In this document: positions 52,086 through 64,000 of the stretch, piece after piece
Layout: the number at the start of each line of letters is the position of its first letter
How positions within the stretch are numbered: the first letter of the stretch is position 1
Origin: Lytechinus pictus
Lineage: Eukaryota
Assembly: GCF_037042905.1 (NCBI RefSeq)
Contig: NC_087251.1
Span: 12,836,001-12,900,000, forward strand
Reading direction: 5' to 3'
Length of the DNA stretch: 64,000 bases
Notes under the pieces: model-generated
Databases searched by the model: none
What the model saw: only the letters and a program-made list of their open reading frames with translations
What the model was told of the DNA's origin: nothing
Program-made: the position numbers and the translations under genes

Positions 52086-52752
52086 GACCATCCGATAATT
52101 CACCATTTGAAGCACTTGATTTATAATCATGTATACGAAACATATTTCGTTAACATAATAATGAAAACTGGAATATAGGGTATGAATATACATATATTTA
52201 TTTATATTGACTTGAAAACGGGATATTTTAAGCGCCATGTAATCCTCTTCAACGGGACATTTTCACTGAACAGGCGATTCGAGGGCGACTTTGATATTTT
52301 CCCCCACTTCTTCCCATTTTATATTTCACCTTTCTTTCTTATCTTTCTTTCCCCTATATTCCCCCCCCCCCTCCCCCGAAATTTTTGAAAACTTAAAATA
52401 AAAATGTATGGTAAATGCTGCCACAGGCATCGTCTTCAAGATGTAAAATGCTCCAAAACAGCATTTTTCCCTCTTCGAATATTTAAATTTTCTTATCTGT
52501 TTGAAAATTTCGCTTTCGCTTCGTCGTCGAAATGCATCATTTAAAAAAACTTTTTAGCCATCCAAAGGCGTTTTATTTGGTCAAATAATTTCATAGTATA
52601 AACAAGCAAAAATTATTACAAAATCAATAAATGAAAACAATAAACAATACTACAATTTTCTCTCAAGTAGATAAAGAATGAAGTACCATCCATTTAATAT
52701 CAAATTTGTTAAACAAACCCTATTTAGAACTAATATAATATGACAAATATAT

Positions 52753-53015
52753 CCAGGGGCGGATCCAGGATTTTCCAAAGGGGGGGGGGGGGAAACATTT
52801 TTCGGAGGAAAAAAATTAACAAGCAAAAAAAATGGTTTTTAACCCCAAATTAACGATATTTCGTACCAGAGAAAATTTGACAAGCTAAAAAAAGTATTCA
52901 CTTTTAAAAGAGGGGGCACACCTCTCTTTTAATGTCATTTTTACATTAACAATTTTAATTTTGCTTCTCAAAGGGAGGGGGCACGGGCGGGCTGTGCCCC
53001 CTGGATTCTCCAGTG
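52753..53015. mobile_element. Short interspersed TIR element
   Basis: caggggcggatccagg ... cctggattctccagtg with poly-G runs. Confidence 0.55.
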
Positions 53016-53049
53016 AATATGTCTCTCATTTTCACAATAAATAATGTTT

Positions 53050-54600
53050 TTCATTTCGTTTATTTCCATTTTCAACAATTACAGTTTGTTTTGTACATTT
53101 TGACATACAAATAACAAAACATATTTCAAGTATATATCCCTGTACAAAAATTATATGCAAGATTATTACATATCAGGTTAATGGAGGAGGCTGCTAAAAA
53201 GCGGTGCTTGTAGAGTGCAGCCTCCTAATAAATATTCTTGTAGTTACATGTATACAAATCAAAATAACAACTTGAGCATTAACCAGTACAATAAAAAGAA
53301 ATAGGGGGAAATTAAAATAGAAAAAGAAAATAAGAAAAAGAGAGATTTAAGGTCTCCAGAATCCAGCCCCTACTCACAAACGGACCTCGCTGATCAACAG
53401 GAAGAGATGGAAAAGTGTACGTCACACGATAATCATGTTTGATTTTTAAAAAAATACAAGAGTTTGAGTGATGAAAGGTTAATTCAATGGTTATCTTAGA
53501 GAAATTTTGTGATTTTATATTTAAAGAATTTAGGCTTGGTGATTCTTTGATGTTATTATTAATAGTTCCCCAGAGTCTAGGGCCTTCATAAGTAAAAATT
53601 GATTTTGCAAGGATGGTCCGTGGTAGTGGTAAATGGAATTCATCTGATTGACGTTTGGGATATTTGTGAAGAGAGTTTTGTTTTTGTTGAATGAAGAATC
53701 AAACATGGGTGGTAACATATTGTTGTTTAACTGATACATGAATTGACCTAAGTCTAAGTTATATGTGTTTTTATTTTTAGAATGTTATTGTTGAAAAACT
53801 AGTGATCTGTGTGGGATCTCCAGGACAAGTTGAAAATAACACACAACGCCTTCTTTTGTAAAAGCAATATTCTATCTAGGTAGATTGAGTGTGTATTTCC
53901 CCCAAACAATTACTCCATAATTTAGATACTAAAATTAATGTTGAATAAAGCATTTTTAGGGAGGAAGTTGGAAGAAAACAATTTACTTTGTTGATAACAC
54001 CAATATTGCGTGAAATTGTACGACATATAAAGTCAATGTGTGTTTTCCAAGATAATTTGTTGTCTATTATAAGACCTAAAAATGTTGTTGTAGTAACAAC
54101 TTCAATGTCTTTATTGTCCAGTTTAATATTAAATGGCAATTGTTGTGAAGAATTGCTAAAAAGCATGCATTTCGTTTTTTTTTACATTAATTTACAATAA
54201 TTTTATTAGCCTTAATCCACTGTACCAACTTTTCCAGTTCAGTACATTATTTAAGATATCGGGGTTAGAATGGGAGAAGAGTACATTTGAGTCATCTGCA
54301 AAATGGACATAAGATAATATTTCAGAGGAGTTCAGGGGGGCGTTTCATCAACATTTTTGTCGACAAGTTGTCAGATCTGACATCTTTCTCTGATGTTGAT
54401 TGGCTGAGAGGTACTGTTACTATGGTAACTGTCGGATAAAATGGGACTTGTCGGATAAAACGTCCGACAAGTCGGATAAAACGTCCGACAAGTCCTTTCA
54501 TGAAACGCCCCCCTGGATGTCATTTATATATTATAAATAAAAGTGGGCCCGGAAGGCTGCCTAGAGGAACACCCCTTTGCATTAAATTCAGTTTGGATAG
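53050..54600 (-). mobile_element. 5'-truncated CR1/L2-group LINE (RT C-terminal half plus 3' UTR)
   Basis: GVPLGSLPGPLLFIIYIND, FADDSN, FLGLIIDNKLSWKTHID, LKMLYSTLI; 3' hairpin gaggctgc...gcagcctc near 53187-53225. Confidence 0.88.
54333..54515. mobile_element. ~180-bp MITE inserted in the CR1 RT; same family as 45196-45365
   Basis: caggggggcgtttcat ... atgaaacgcccccctg; removing it restores NDIQNSS. Confidence 0.85.
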
Positions 54601-55459
54601 TACTTTGGCAACCTTGGATATTTTTTTATAGCATATATACTCCTATAGCATAGTGTTGCTAGTATTGAATACGAAAGCCCGAAAACACAAATAATACATC
54701 TTCTGTAAGGTTTACTACTGTGTGATGAGGAATTCTTTAATAACAGTTTATATTTATATTTAAGGGGGATGGTTATGGGTCAATTGTTAGGCCCCTAGAA
54801 AAGAGGGATGGGGTACATCATTGATGGGCCCAAGAGTACCAGATGCGGGGGGAATAGGGGCGCCCCATATTTGACCCTATAAACACTATATATCTATTTC
54901 GTTTCTATCAAGATATCAGAGCTCAACAGGAACACCATAATTGAAACAAAGAATAAAAAGCACCATGCAGCTAATGCATGAGGTAGGGGTGGCGGAACCC
55001 GGAGAGGGAGGGGGCTTCCTTTTTCCGAAACCCTGTATAAAAAAACGTAAACATGCTTGCTTAACCAGTGATTATTTTTTTACATGGCTCGTGCACCACC
55101 CCTCCCCCCTTTGTGCTCAGCCCCTACTTTCAAAACCGTTCAGATGTCACCAAAGGGCCCTATGCCTAATATGTACATGACTTGTAGTCTATATCTTTCT
55201 TTTCTTTTTTTCTTAAGAAAAAGAAATAGAAACACATCATTACTAAACAATCCTTCGCCACGGAGGGCTTCCGTTGACGCTAACTTATATGAGCCACTTT
55301 TTAAACAAAATTGAACAGAAGAGGTAAAAAGGGTATAATTTCGGGTGCACCTTTGGGTGATATAGGGAATACGTATTTAAAGATTCATGTAGACCTAATT
55401 TTGTAACTAAATATATTGTGATATGTCAAACTAAAAAAAAAACATATATACCTCCCAGT

Positions 55460-57190
55460 ATCAAAAGTGAAAGAAAATGCCCGATTTCACCATATTTATT
55501 TCTTCTTATCGAGATAATGGCTCTCTCTATTCGCCAAAATGATCAAATCAAAGGAATTCCTGTTAACGGGCATGATGCAAAGATTTCTCTTTTAGCAGAT
55601 GACTGTTGTATTTTTGGATGGTTCTAATTATTCTTTTAATCACCTTTTTAATACTTTACTACATTTGGTTTGCATTCTGGATGCATAATTAATTCATCTA
55701 AAACAGAAGCCTGGATTGGTTCTAAGCGGAATTGCCAAGTATTGCTAACCGGAGAATAACGTGGAAGACAAATACATTTAAATCTTCGGGAATCCCCTTT
55801 TCACTTAATTTTGGTTCATTCTTTGATTTCAATTATAAAGTAACGTTGAAAAGAATGGAACAGACTATTAACTGCTGGCAAATGAGGAATCTTTCTTTGA
55901 TTGGTAGAATTTGTGTTATCAAGTCTCTTATTTTGCCTCAACTTTTATACCTTTTTCTGTTCTTGGTATGCAAGTTCCTTCTAAATTTTATAAGGACTTG
56001 AATAAAATGTTTTTTTAGATTAATTTGGAAAGGAGGCAAGGACAGGGAAGAAAACTGATGTGCAATGATTATAGCCAATGGGGCCTTCGAATGGTAGACC
56101 ACTATGCATTTGCCCTAGCTCAAAAGATGTATCGGGTGCAATATCTTCTTGATGACAGATATACTTCGACATGGAAATATATTGAATTGTGCTTTTTGGA
56201 ATCTTTTCATCAAGACTGAATGTGTTTTAAGATCTCTTGGATGGGTTGGGTGTATATACACAACTTGATGACTCTTTAGGCACTTGGTAATGAGAACAGG
56301 CCACTTTTTATATCTTTGATTGTAGTTTTTCTGACTTAGGTGCATGTCAGTCATAAAAGTTTAACAGATTGATTCGTTCCAAATCCAAACAATACTTTTA
56401 TTATGGTGCATGGTATGATAAAAATGTTCACACAATATCAGATTTGCTTAATCCACCCACCCTTCCCTGGCCATAAATGTTTTAAGAACTAATCTTGGAT
56501 TTTAATATACCCCATTCTGACAGAATATCCCTAAAGACTGGCATATTCCCAATCTTCAAAATACTGATGTCCATAACAGTGATGATGTTCATCATATGTT
56601 AATTCTAAAATATAGGTATTAAAAAATTACCCAGCTACGCTTATAATATAAAAATTATTGAGTGTCAAATCTAGCCCTGACGCACGTTGTGAATATTGGA
56701 GCAGTATCTTACCCATTCCTGACAATATTTCATATGAGAAAATACATTGCAATAACTTCAAATGTTCGATAGACACTAAAATTCGTTCTTTTTATTTTAA
56801 AGTTTTTCACAAATGCATTGCTTTTCATTATTTTCTTTTCAAATTAAAAGGAAAGATTCCCCTTTGTGTGAACTTTGCAACAAATTCCCTGAAACATCGG
56901 TTTATATATTTTGTGATTGTGAAGATTTTTTAACTATTTTAATACAGAAATTTAATTCCAATTTTACTTTATCTTATTTTAGAAAAATGTTTGGTGATCC
57001 GGATGATAAGTTCATATCCTACTTATTTTTATTATTAAAGTACTTCATTTTCATTCAGCAAAGTTGATCCAAACTTTTGAGCATTTAGATCTTATTTTAA
57101 GAAGCAAAAAGAAATTGAATATTGTGTGACCAGAAAAGACACAAACTCTCGGATCATTCTAAGAAATGGAATTTTGAATTATAATTTGTT
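55460..57190 (+). mobile_element. L1/Tx1-like LINE ORF2 (RT to Zn finger), decayed
   Basis: CPISPYLFLL..IRQNDQIKGI..ISLLADD; WQMRNLSLIGRICVIKSLILPQLLY; DTKIRSFYFKVFH; SPLCELCNKFPETSVYIFCDC. Confidence 0.88.
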
Positions 57191-57336
57191 TGTCATCTGC
57201 TCATGTATCATTGATATGTATCCTGTTTACTGTGTATAAGCATACGAATACTTGCCATCAAAGTTGTGTAAAATATCACGTCTGTGTCATTGCATAAAAC
57301 TTTCCGCTTTTTTTCAAAATTATAATTTATATGAAG

Positions 57337-57553
57337 AGTTTGGTTGCAAAAGGGGTTAGGTCCACTTTGGACCATTCCGAGAAAAAACATTATTCTCACT
57401 CATTGCAATATTCTCATGAGAAACTAAATTGTCATGATGTACTACCCTATCATGTGAACATAAAATTAAAAGAAATCTACCTGTCTTCAATTTTTTTCTA
57501 TATATTCTTTTAAAAATTATCATTGTGGACCTAACCCCTTTTGCAAGCAAACT
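57337..57553. mobile_element. ~215-bp MITE with ~29-bp TIR
   Basis: agtttggttgcaaaaggggttaggtccac ... gtggacctaaccccttttgcaagcaaact. Confidence 0.8.
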
Positions 57554-57979
57554 TTTATTCTGCTCGCGATTCGAGTTGAATTGTTTTTTTTAGCGAGATG
57601 CGAAATTTGTTCATTAGCGTTAAAATATATTTTCAGCTCACCCTATGCGCTCACATTATTTGGCTAACGAGGTGGGAGCAAGATAACGTATCCTTTTCCC
57701 AAATTCAGCATAAACAGCTCTTTCGAATTCCCCCTTTACAGGTTATAGGCCTGCATATATTTTCAGTGTTTTGCATTTGCACTGCGGTAGGTATAAAGAT
57801 ACTCTTCGTGTACATGATAAAATAATCAAGTCATGCTTCACACTGTTATGTTTAATGAGATAAATAGATCGTTCTGTATTGAAATGACAAAAAAGTTACA
57901 CCTCCCACTTCGCGGTCTCATCATATTTAGCAAAATACCTATCTTTTTTTATAATTTTAAAAAGTGAATAAAATGTCCC

Positions 57980-57995
57980 CATCATCATCATCATC

Positions 57996-58027
<32 letters not shown>

Positions 58028-58037
58028 CATCATCATT

Positions 58038-58084
<47 letters not shown>

Positions 58085-58148
58085 TATCATCATCATCACC
58101 ACCATCACCACCATCACCACCACCACCACCACCACCACCATCACCATT
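57980..58148. repeat. (CAT)n grading into (CAC)n microsatellite
   Basis: Directly visible. Confidence 0.98.
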
Positions 58149-58234
58149 ACGCTCCTCCTCCTAGAATGACCTAGATCCTCATCATCAGTGCACTATCAAC
58201 GAGTATCGAGTATAGTAGTGCAGGAAAATTTGCA

Positions 58235-58380
58235 GTCTAGCGCCATCTGCGAACTTTATCTGTTCAATGTTATTCAGATATTATTTTCCTGGAAAGTGAA
58301 ACTCTTGCAACAGCATTCAGGCCTTAGAAGTGGGCAAATTTGCCCTAAATTCTATTGACGGAGTGTGGAAATGGCGCAGG
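58235..58380 (+). promoter_or_regulatory. Probable promoter/5' region with a CTCF/YY1-like motif
   Basis: ctagcgccatctgcg at ~58237-58251 and aaatggcg overlapping the candidate ATG; CpG-rich stretch at 58515-58590. Confidence 0.4.
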
Positions 58381-58425
58381 CTAATGTTGGAGATACACTG
58401 ATGGTCAGGCATGAACTGAAACATG
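58371..58425 (+). CDS. Candidate first coding exon of an unidentified gene
   Basis: gaaATGGCG start, MAQANVGDTLMVRHELKH, strong donor G|gtaagt at 58426. No downstream exon recognised in the window. Confidence 0.5.
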
Positions 58426-58794
58426 GTAAGTATACTTCATTTTCGTACGAAATTGTAAAACATGGTCAATTATGTGGGACCTCTTCTCCAAAATATGACA
58501 GGCACTGGACTGGTTTCGGTACGGTACGGTACCGTACATACCGGGTACAGTGCGTCGCGCTGCTGCCGCGGCCGTGGAGTTCGCGCTGAACTAACTGTAC
58601 TATGACTATGAAGTATGATTATGAATTAGGAAGGATTGGTTGGTGAATGGTGATGGTGTTTACTGTATGATCATGATGGGGTGACCATAATTTGCGCACA
58701 TTTTAAAAATTATTTTGAAGTTGATTTTAAATTAAAAAATGATCACAGTTCACACAAAATTAGTCAAAATCATGACATAAATACCTAGCCTTAA

Positions 58795-61215
58795 AGGGGA
58801 AGTTCATCCTGAAGAAAACTTTGTTGTAAAAATAGCAGAAAAAATAGTGAAAAATATTGGTGAAGGTTTGAGGAAAATCCATTAAAGAGTAAGAAAGTTA
58901 TTAGAGTTCAAAGTTTTGGATTTGTGACGTCATAAACGAGCAGCTGCCCCATGTCATGTGTTATGTAATATAAAATGCATGAATTTCAAATTTTGTATGG
59001 TTCCTGGGGCCCGTTTCTCAACACCGTCATAAGTCTAACTTCTTGACTAAATCGGAGATAGTGAGCTACTTGTCCGCTAACCGTTTCACGAAGCCCTCTT
59101 TACCAAGATCGGGTACAACAACCTCACTAAATATTTATGACACCTCCGAACCTGTCATAACTTCTTTCTTAATGACGTAGAGGCATCACGTGGGTAGACT
59201 ATGACCACTCCTAGTACCAATGAGGTCTAAACATTAGCATGTATGGACCTCATAGGCGACAATGCGTTAAAAACAGGTTAGAACTTCTAACCGTACTGTT
59301 TCCTGCACCCAAGTATGATATTACTCCCAAAATATGAGTTTTGTCCTCGTTTGTTTATCATTTATTAAAAGATTGCCCATTAAATATATTCCTATTCCTA
59401 ATTTGAATTTAATAAAATAAAGGTAAACTTACATTTGAGTCATTTTTCGATCTTTTTTTGGCAGTCAGTCCGGTCACCGTCGAGTGCGATCAAAGCGGTA
59501 TGAAGCTGATTTTCAGATCACGTGATACGTGTGGTCATCACCTGATCAATCGACTATCCTTTTTTAAAGACCGCAACAATTATAAATTTTATTATAAAAT
59601 ATATATAGAATAAATTATTGCATAATATTATGTATATTTCTACAATTAAAAAATATTTTGTGATATAAATTTAATATTTGACGTAAAAATCGCTATTGAA
59701 CAAAATATTTATTAAAAAATAAAAAATCAAACAAAATAAAAAAGCCTTGGACACAGTGCAAAAAACCTAACGATTTGGCCGCGTTGTTAACAACTATCGT
59801 AAGGGGCGCTTTATTTATAAATAAAAAAGAATGTACAGCTGTCTACCGCGACGTGGTTTGTCGCAAGATTTGGGACAAATCCGTGGGAATTCTGGAGAAA
59901 ATACATCAAAAGAACTGGTGAGTACCGTTTAAACATTATCAAATTACTAAATAGATTATACATACCTTGTAGATTTAGTTTTTAAGGTGATATTAGTGCT
60001 TAGTTCTAAGCTAGGGAGGCCCAAACGCGCGTGAGCGGAGTCCCAATTTATTAACACGGGTAAGTATTGCGGTGTCGCCTAGAGTGACTATGACATGCAA
60101 AAGTGCCTAGAAATTTTAAAATTATAATCTTACGTAATCAATCATAGAGCTTGAAATAACATCACAAAACAAGTGGGTTAATGCATTCAAGGATAATTGT
60201 AATACAAAGAAACTGTAAAAACTGTTGGTAAAACGCCACAAAACCATTCATTTTGAAATAGTAAAATGATTTAATCGATAAAGATTCTACCACGTCAGGC
60301 CATCCATAACTGAACTCGTATTTGTTGTTTTCAGACCCCTTTGAGACAGTTGGATAAAATCTATTTCTAATTTATGCATAATTTGTCAAATATCGTATGT
60401 TTCGGTATCAATGATTAAAAATGTTTCGTTGAACTATATTTTGATGACGTTTGGAATCGTTAAAGACCGTATAATTATCATCATTTTACAAAGAAAACTG
60501 TTATGGTTTACTTTCGTAAACTATTAAAATTGGATATCCCGGGGGTACCCATCTCAACGTCCACAAGTGATTTTTTAGTCATGAAATGAATTATTCATAA
60601 TTTAATTTTCTCTGCAATTGAAGCTCCAGTATTCATGGTCTAAGTATGTATGATGCATAATTTACCGGTGCTATTGTTTTGAAAAGATTAATATCGCAAT
60701 TTATCACAATATTTGCAATTTTGTTATAATTTTTCTTTTTGAAAATTATGCTATATTGTGACTAAGGCTACGTCTCGTCTGCTCTTTTTACCGTTAGTAT
60801 CGATATCAAGGTATTCTAGTTAGGAAAACTTTCGAGAAACAGGTTTAGTAAGATTAGAACTAACTCCGTGGTTGGTGGATAAAGATAATGACTAACTTGT
60901 CCATGTGTTGAGAAACGGGCCCCTGATGACTTAATTTTGTTTTCAATTCATGATCGGGTGTGAAATGATTTGTCTTTTGATATACAAAAGGTACAGTGAA
61001 AACCATTTTCAATTTTCTGAGAAAATGACATTTCATTGATTTTTTACCATTTGCTATGTAGGAATGCTGCTCGCATCTGACGTCACAAATCAAATAATTG
61101 AAATTCTAGTAACTTTTTAATTGTTTGATGAATTTATCTCAAACCTTCGGCAATATTTTTTATTATTTTTTCTGCTATTTTTACAATAAACTTTTTGTCA
61201 GGGTGAACTTCCCCT
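58795..61215. mobile_element. ~500-bp Kolobok-type MITE (TTAA TSD) split by a nested insertion
   Basis: TTAA-aggggaagttcatcctga ... tcagggtgaacttcccct-TTAA. Confidence 0.88.
59007..60922. mobile_element. 1.9-kb non-autonomous Harbinger-type element (CTG TSD)
   Basis: ctg-GGGCCCGTTTCTCAACAC ... GTGTTGAGAAACGGGCCC-ctg; perfect 18-bp TIR. Confidence 0.9.
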
Positions 61216-62639
61216 TTAACTTAAGTTTATGTAATGTAGGCATGGTAGGTATGTGACAAAAAAATGAAAATCATCAAATATCAATAAATTTGGTATCATT
61301 TGAAAGCTCTTAAAAAGACCTTTCAAATGATACCAAGAACTCTAATTTTCATCAAGAAATTATAAAGTTATTCCAATTTTAGTCGCGCATATTCATCCAA
61401 TTTGTGGTCATCGTCTTAAAAAGTCAATGGAATATAAAACCGATTTTTGTTACCATTTTGAACCCAAGTCTTCAACAGGCTCTAACTTCTTTGTTTTTGA
61501 GCCCTTTTAAGTAATTTAGGTATCAATGGAAAGGTGAAAGAAAGCTCAATTGACGTGTAATCATGTCACTTTGCAATTATTCTTCTTAATATGTGTAAAA
61601 TAATTTCTTCTTATTAATTTTAATTAATTAGGCAAATTACTCAAAATAACAATTACTCGCCTCTTTTTTTGCTAAGTAGAGGTGATCATGATATTTATAT
61701 AATTTAGTTGGCATCAAAACAGCATCATATAATTTCCTAAATGAATTTGTTTAAAGTATTGTTTATGTAATTTCTAATGTATTTCTTTGTTTTTCTGATA
61801 TAAATTACAAGCTCTTTTTCAACTTTAGTATTGTATACATGTATGTACGGGGGACTTTTTGTACATATGAAAATTATCATTCCTTTTGTACTTTGTATGA
61901 CCAAATGAAAATACAAGTGTGCTATTTTCTGATGTATTTGATTGTTTCACCAATTCCTTATGTATTCTATTGTTTCAACAATTTGTTATACAATATGTAG
62001 CTTTTGATTTTAGAGACAATGGACAATTGATTACAATTTTTTCGGAGGGATGAGCAGCTGAGTGTAAAATATGTATGTAGCATTGTATGTAATTTATTAC
62101 AAGTATCAAGAAGGATAAAAAATTAAGCTTTAATATATTCTATCAGTTTTCAATGCATTTATTAGATTTGTATACATACATTGTATATCAAAGGCCCTGT
62201 TTGAGCTCTCTTTTTTAAGAAAAATAAATAAATTCAGATTCTAGAGTGAAATCACTGCACATAAATGTACACATTTTTTACACATACTTCCATATTATTA
62301 TGAAAAAAAGATTTTGTAGAAAAGAACTTAACAATCCAAACTTACCAATCTCCCCATGGATAGACTTGAAAGGCACCAAATTATTAGTTGAAGCAAAAAG
62401 AAAAGGAAAAGAGTGGTCTGTTTCTTTCAAAACAAAACAACCAGGAAAAACAGATATCAAAGCTACAAAAACAGACATCAAAGCTCCAAACAAACACAAC
62501 AAGAGAAACAAAAGTGACACAAAAACTTGTACCAATCCCATCCCCATTTTCCAGTTTAAAACACAACCCCCACCTGCACCCCTAACAAAACAAAAAAAAA
62601 TTAATAAAATAGAGAAAAAAAATCATAAATACAGGACTT

Positions 62640-63130
62640 AGACCCATCTGGAAATGAAATATTCTTTCTTCTGAGTTTTCATGTATTTTCTTACAAGAGT
62701 GAAAAAAAAAACCAACAACAACAAAATAAACAACATAGTTCTTGTATTTTAATTAAAAAAAATCAACATTTAAGATATTCCCCTTTCAAAAGCAAATCCA
62801 GTGTCCAAATAATGAAACATGATAAAAAAAAAAGAAACTACAAAAAATTAAAAAAGAAACCAAAAAATAAACAAAAAATAAATAAACAACAAAATGTTTG
62901 TATTTTAATTAAAAGTCAAGTGAAGTCAACATTTATGACATTCCCCTTTCTAAAGCAAATCCAGTCTCAAAATAATGAAACATGATTGAAAAGTTTCCAA
63001 ATATATATTTTTTCCTACAAAAGAAAAAAATAAATACTATAGATTTTGCATTTTAATTTAAAAGTCAACATTCATTGATATTCCACTTAAAAAAGAATCC
63101 AGTTTCCAAATGATGAAAAATGATTGAACA
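62640..63130 (+). repeat. Degenerate ~150-155-bp tandem repeat
   Basis: attttaatt.aaa..tcaacatt...ttccc...aatccagt...aaat.atgaaa.atga recurs near 62745, 62900 and 63050. Confidence 0.75.
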
Positions 63131-63604
63131 ATCAACCACCTTGACTCTTGACTTGGGAAGAAGAAATATTTTTGTGACAAAATGTACAGGTATTAAAATC
63201 AATATCAGAATAATAATCTACGGTATAATAACATAAATTTTCAGAAAAAGGCACAATATTATGAAGTAACAAACAATTCAGATCCAGTCCAATCCAGCAT
63301 GAACAACTCACTATCGACCGCTCCCGTCACCCAGCCCTCCACATCGGGTAGCTAGACTGCCGAGAGACCGGCGGGAGCCCACCGCATCGAGTAAGAGTTT
63401 CTAGAACATATTTGAATTTTGAATATGATGAAGTTATTATAAAGTGTACACTATTTTGTATGTGAAATGTATGTGAAATAATTTTTTCCATAAAGGAAAC
63501 CAAAAGCGAAGAAGCGAAGCAATCTTACTGGAAAAAGTAAAATGAGAGGAACAATTTGAAACAAGTTTCATCATAATCGGTTGATAGATAAGCAAGTTAT
63601 GGAC

Positions 63605-63930
63605 GTTTGAAATGTCTTGTTGCACTTTCTATGGGGATCCTTGAATTGACCACCATGCTTCAGAATTGCAGATTTTGTGGACAACTCTTCATTTGTTTTG
63701 TACACAAATTTTCAGATTTTCCCCATTATCTTTCAAATTGCACCTTTCCTCCTGAGCATATGTCATGGGCAAATGTTATTCACACGGCATATTTTACGGT
63801 CAGAAGGAGATGTGGAATATGTGAAATAAAGGGAAAAATTTGAAGAGTTGTCCACAAAATCAGCCATTTTGAAGCATGTTTGCCAATTTGAAGATCCCCA
63901 TAGAAAGTACGAGACTTTTCAAAATTCCAT
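63605..63930. repeat. Imperfect palindrome, probable MITE interior
   Basis: ctttctatggggatc / gatccccatagaaag and gattttgtggacaactcttca / tgaagagttgtccacaaaatc pair. Confidence 0.75.
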
Positions 63931-64000
63931 ATTATATAGCTTACAGCTTATTCTATAGCTTTTTCTACAGTATAACAGATTTTGATGAAACAAGTTTTAG

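Noticed and set aside
57896..58164. Poly-Met/Val and poly-Ser/Pro ORFs
   Set aside because: Translations of the CAT/CAC microsatellite.
62246..62641. 131-aa Lys-rich ORF
   Set aside because: A-rich low-complexity sequence, no ATG start or recognisable domain.

Overview
Eukaryotic (animal) genomic DNA, AT-rich, spliceosomal introns, transposon-dense. The repeat repertoire suggests a marine invertebrate, probably an echinoderm such as a sea urchin (inference only). Host genes: (1) the last three coding exons of MOCS3/UBA4 (+, 2807-4370), one intron of which is minor-spliceosome (U12) type; (2) a complete two-exon 155-aa PH-domain protein ending in a CaaX box (-, 45818-43634); (3) a probable first coding exon of an unidentified + gene (58371-58425). 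From about 5 to 29 kb lies a mosaic of decayed transposons, mostly on the minus strand: AcademX-like, KolobokP-like, BEL/Pao, Gypsy, CR1, AcademHP-like, and two intronless TatD nuclease relics. One TatD relic sits directly before a polypurine tract and LTR start. Structural highlights: a 3.8-kb foldback element with ~1.8-kb arms whose empty site is shown by a neighbouring tandem duplicate; an AcademH-type MITE with a 9-bp TSD sharing its terminus with the decayed coding element; two tiny TSD-flanked palindromes resembling P-element excision footprints; and a 5-5.8-kb Academ-type element ~115 bp upstream of the PH gene ATG. All calls were made by eye without database searches. Boundaries of decayed elements are approximate.
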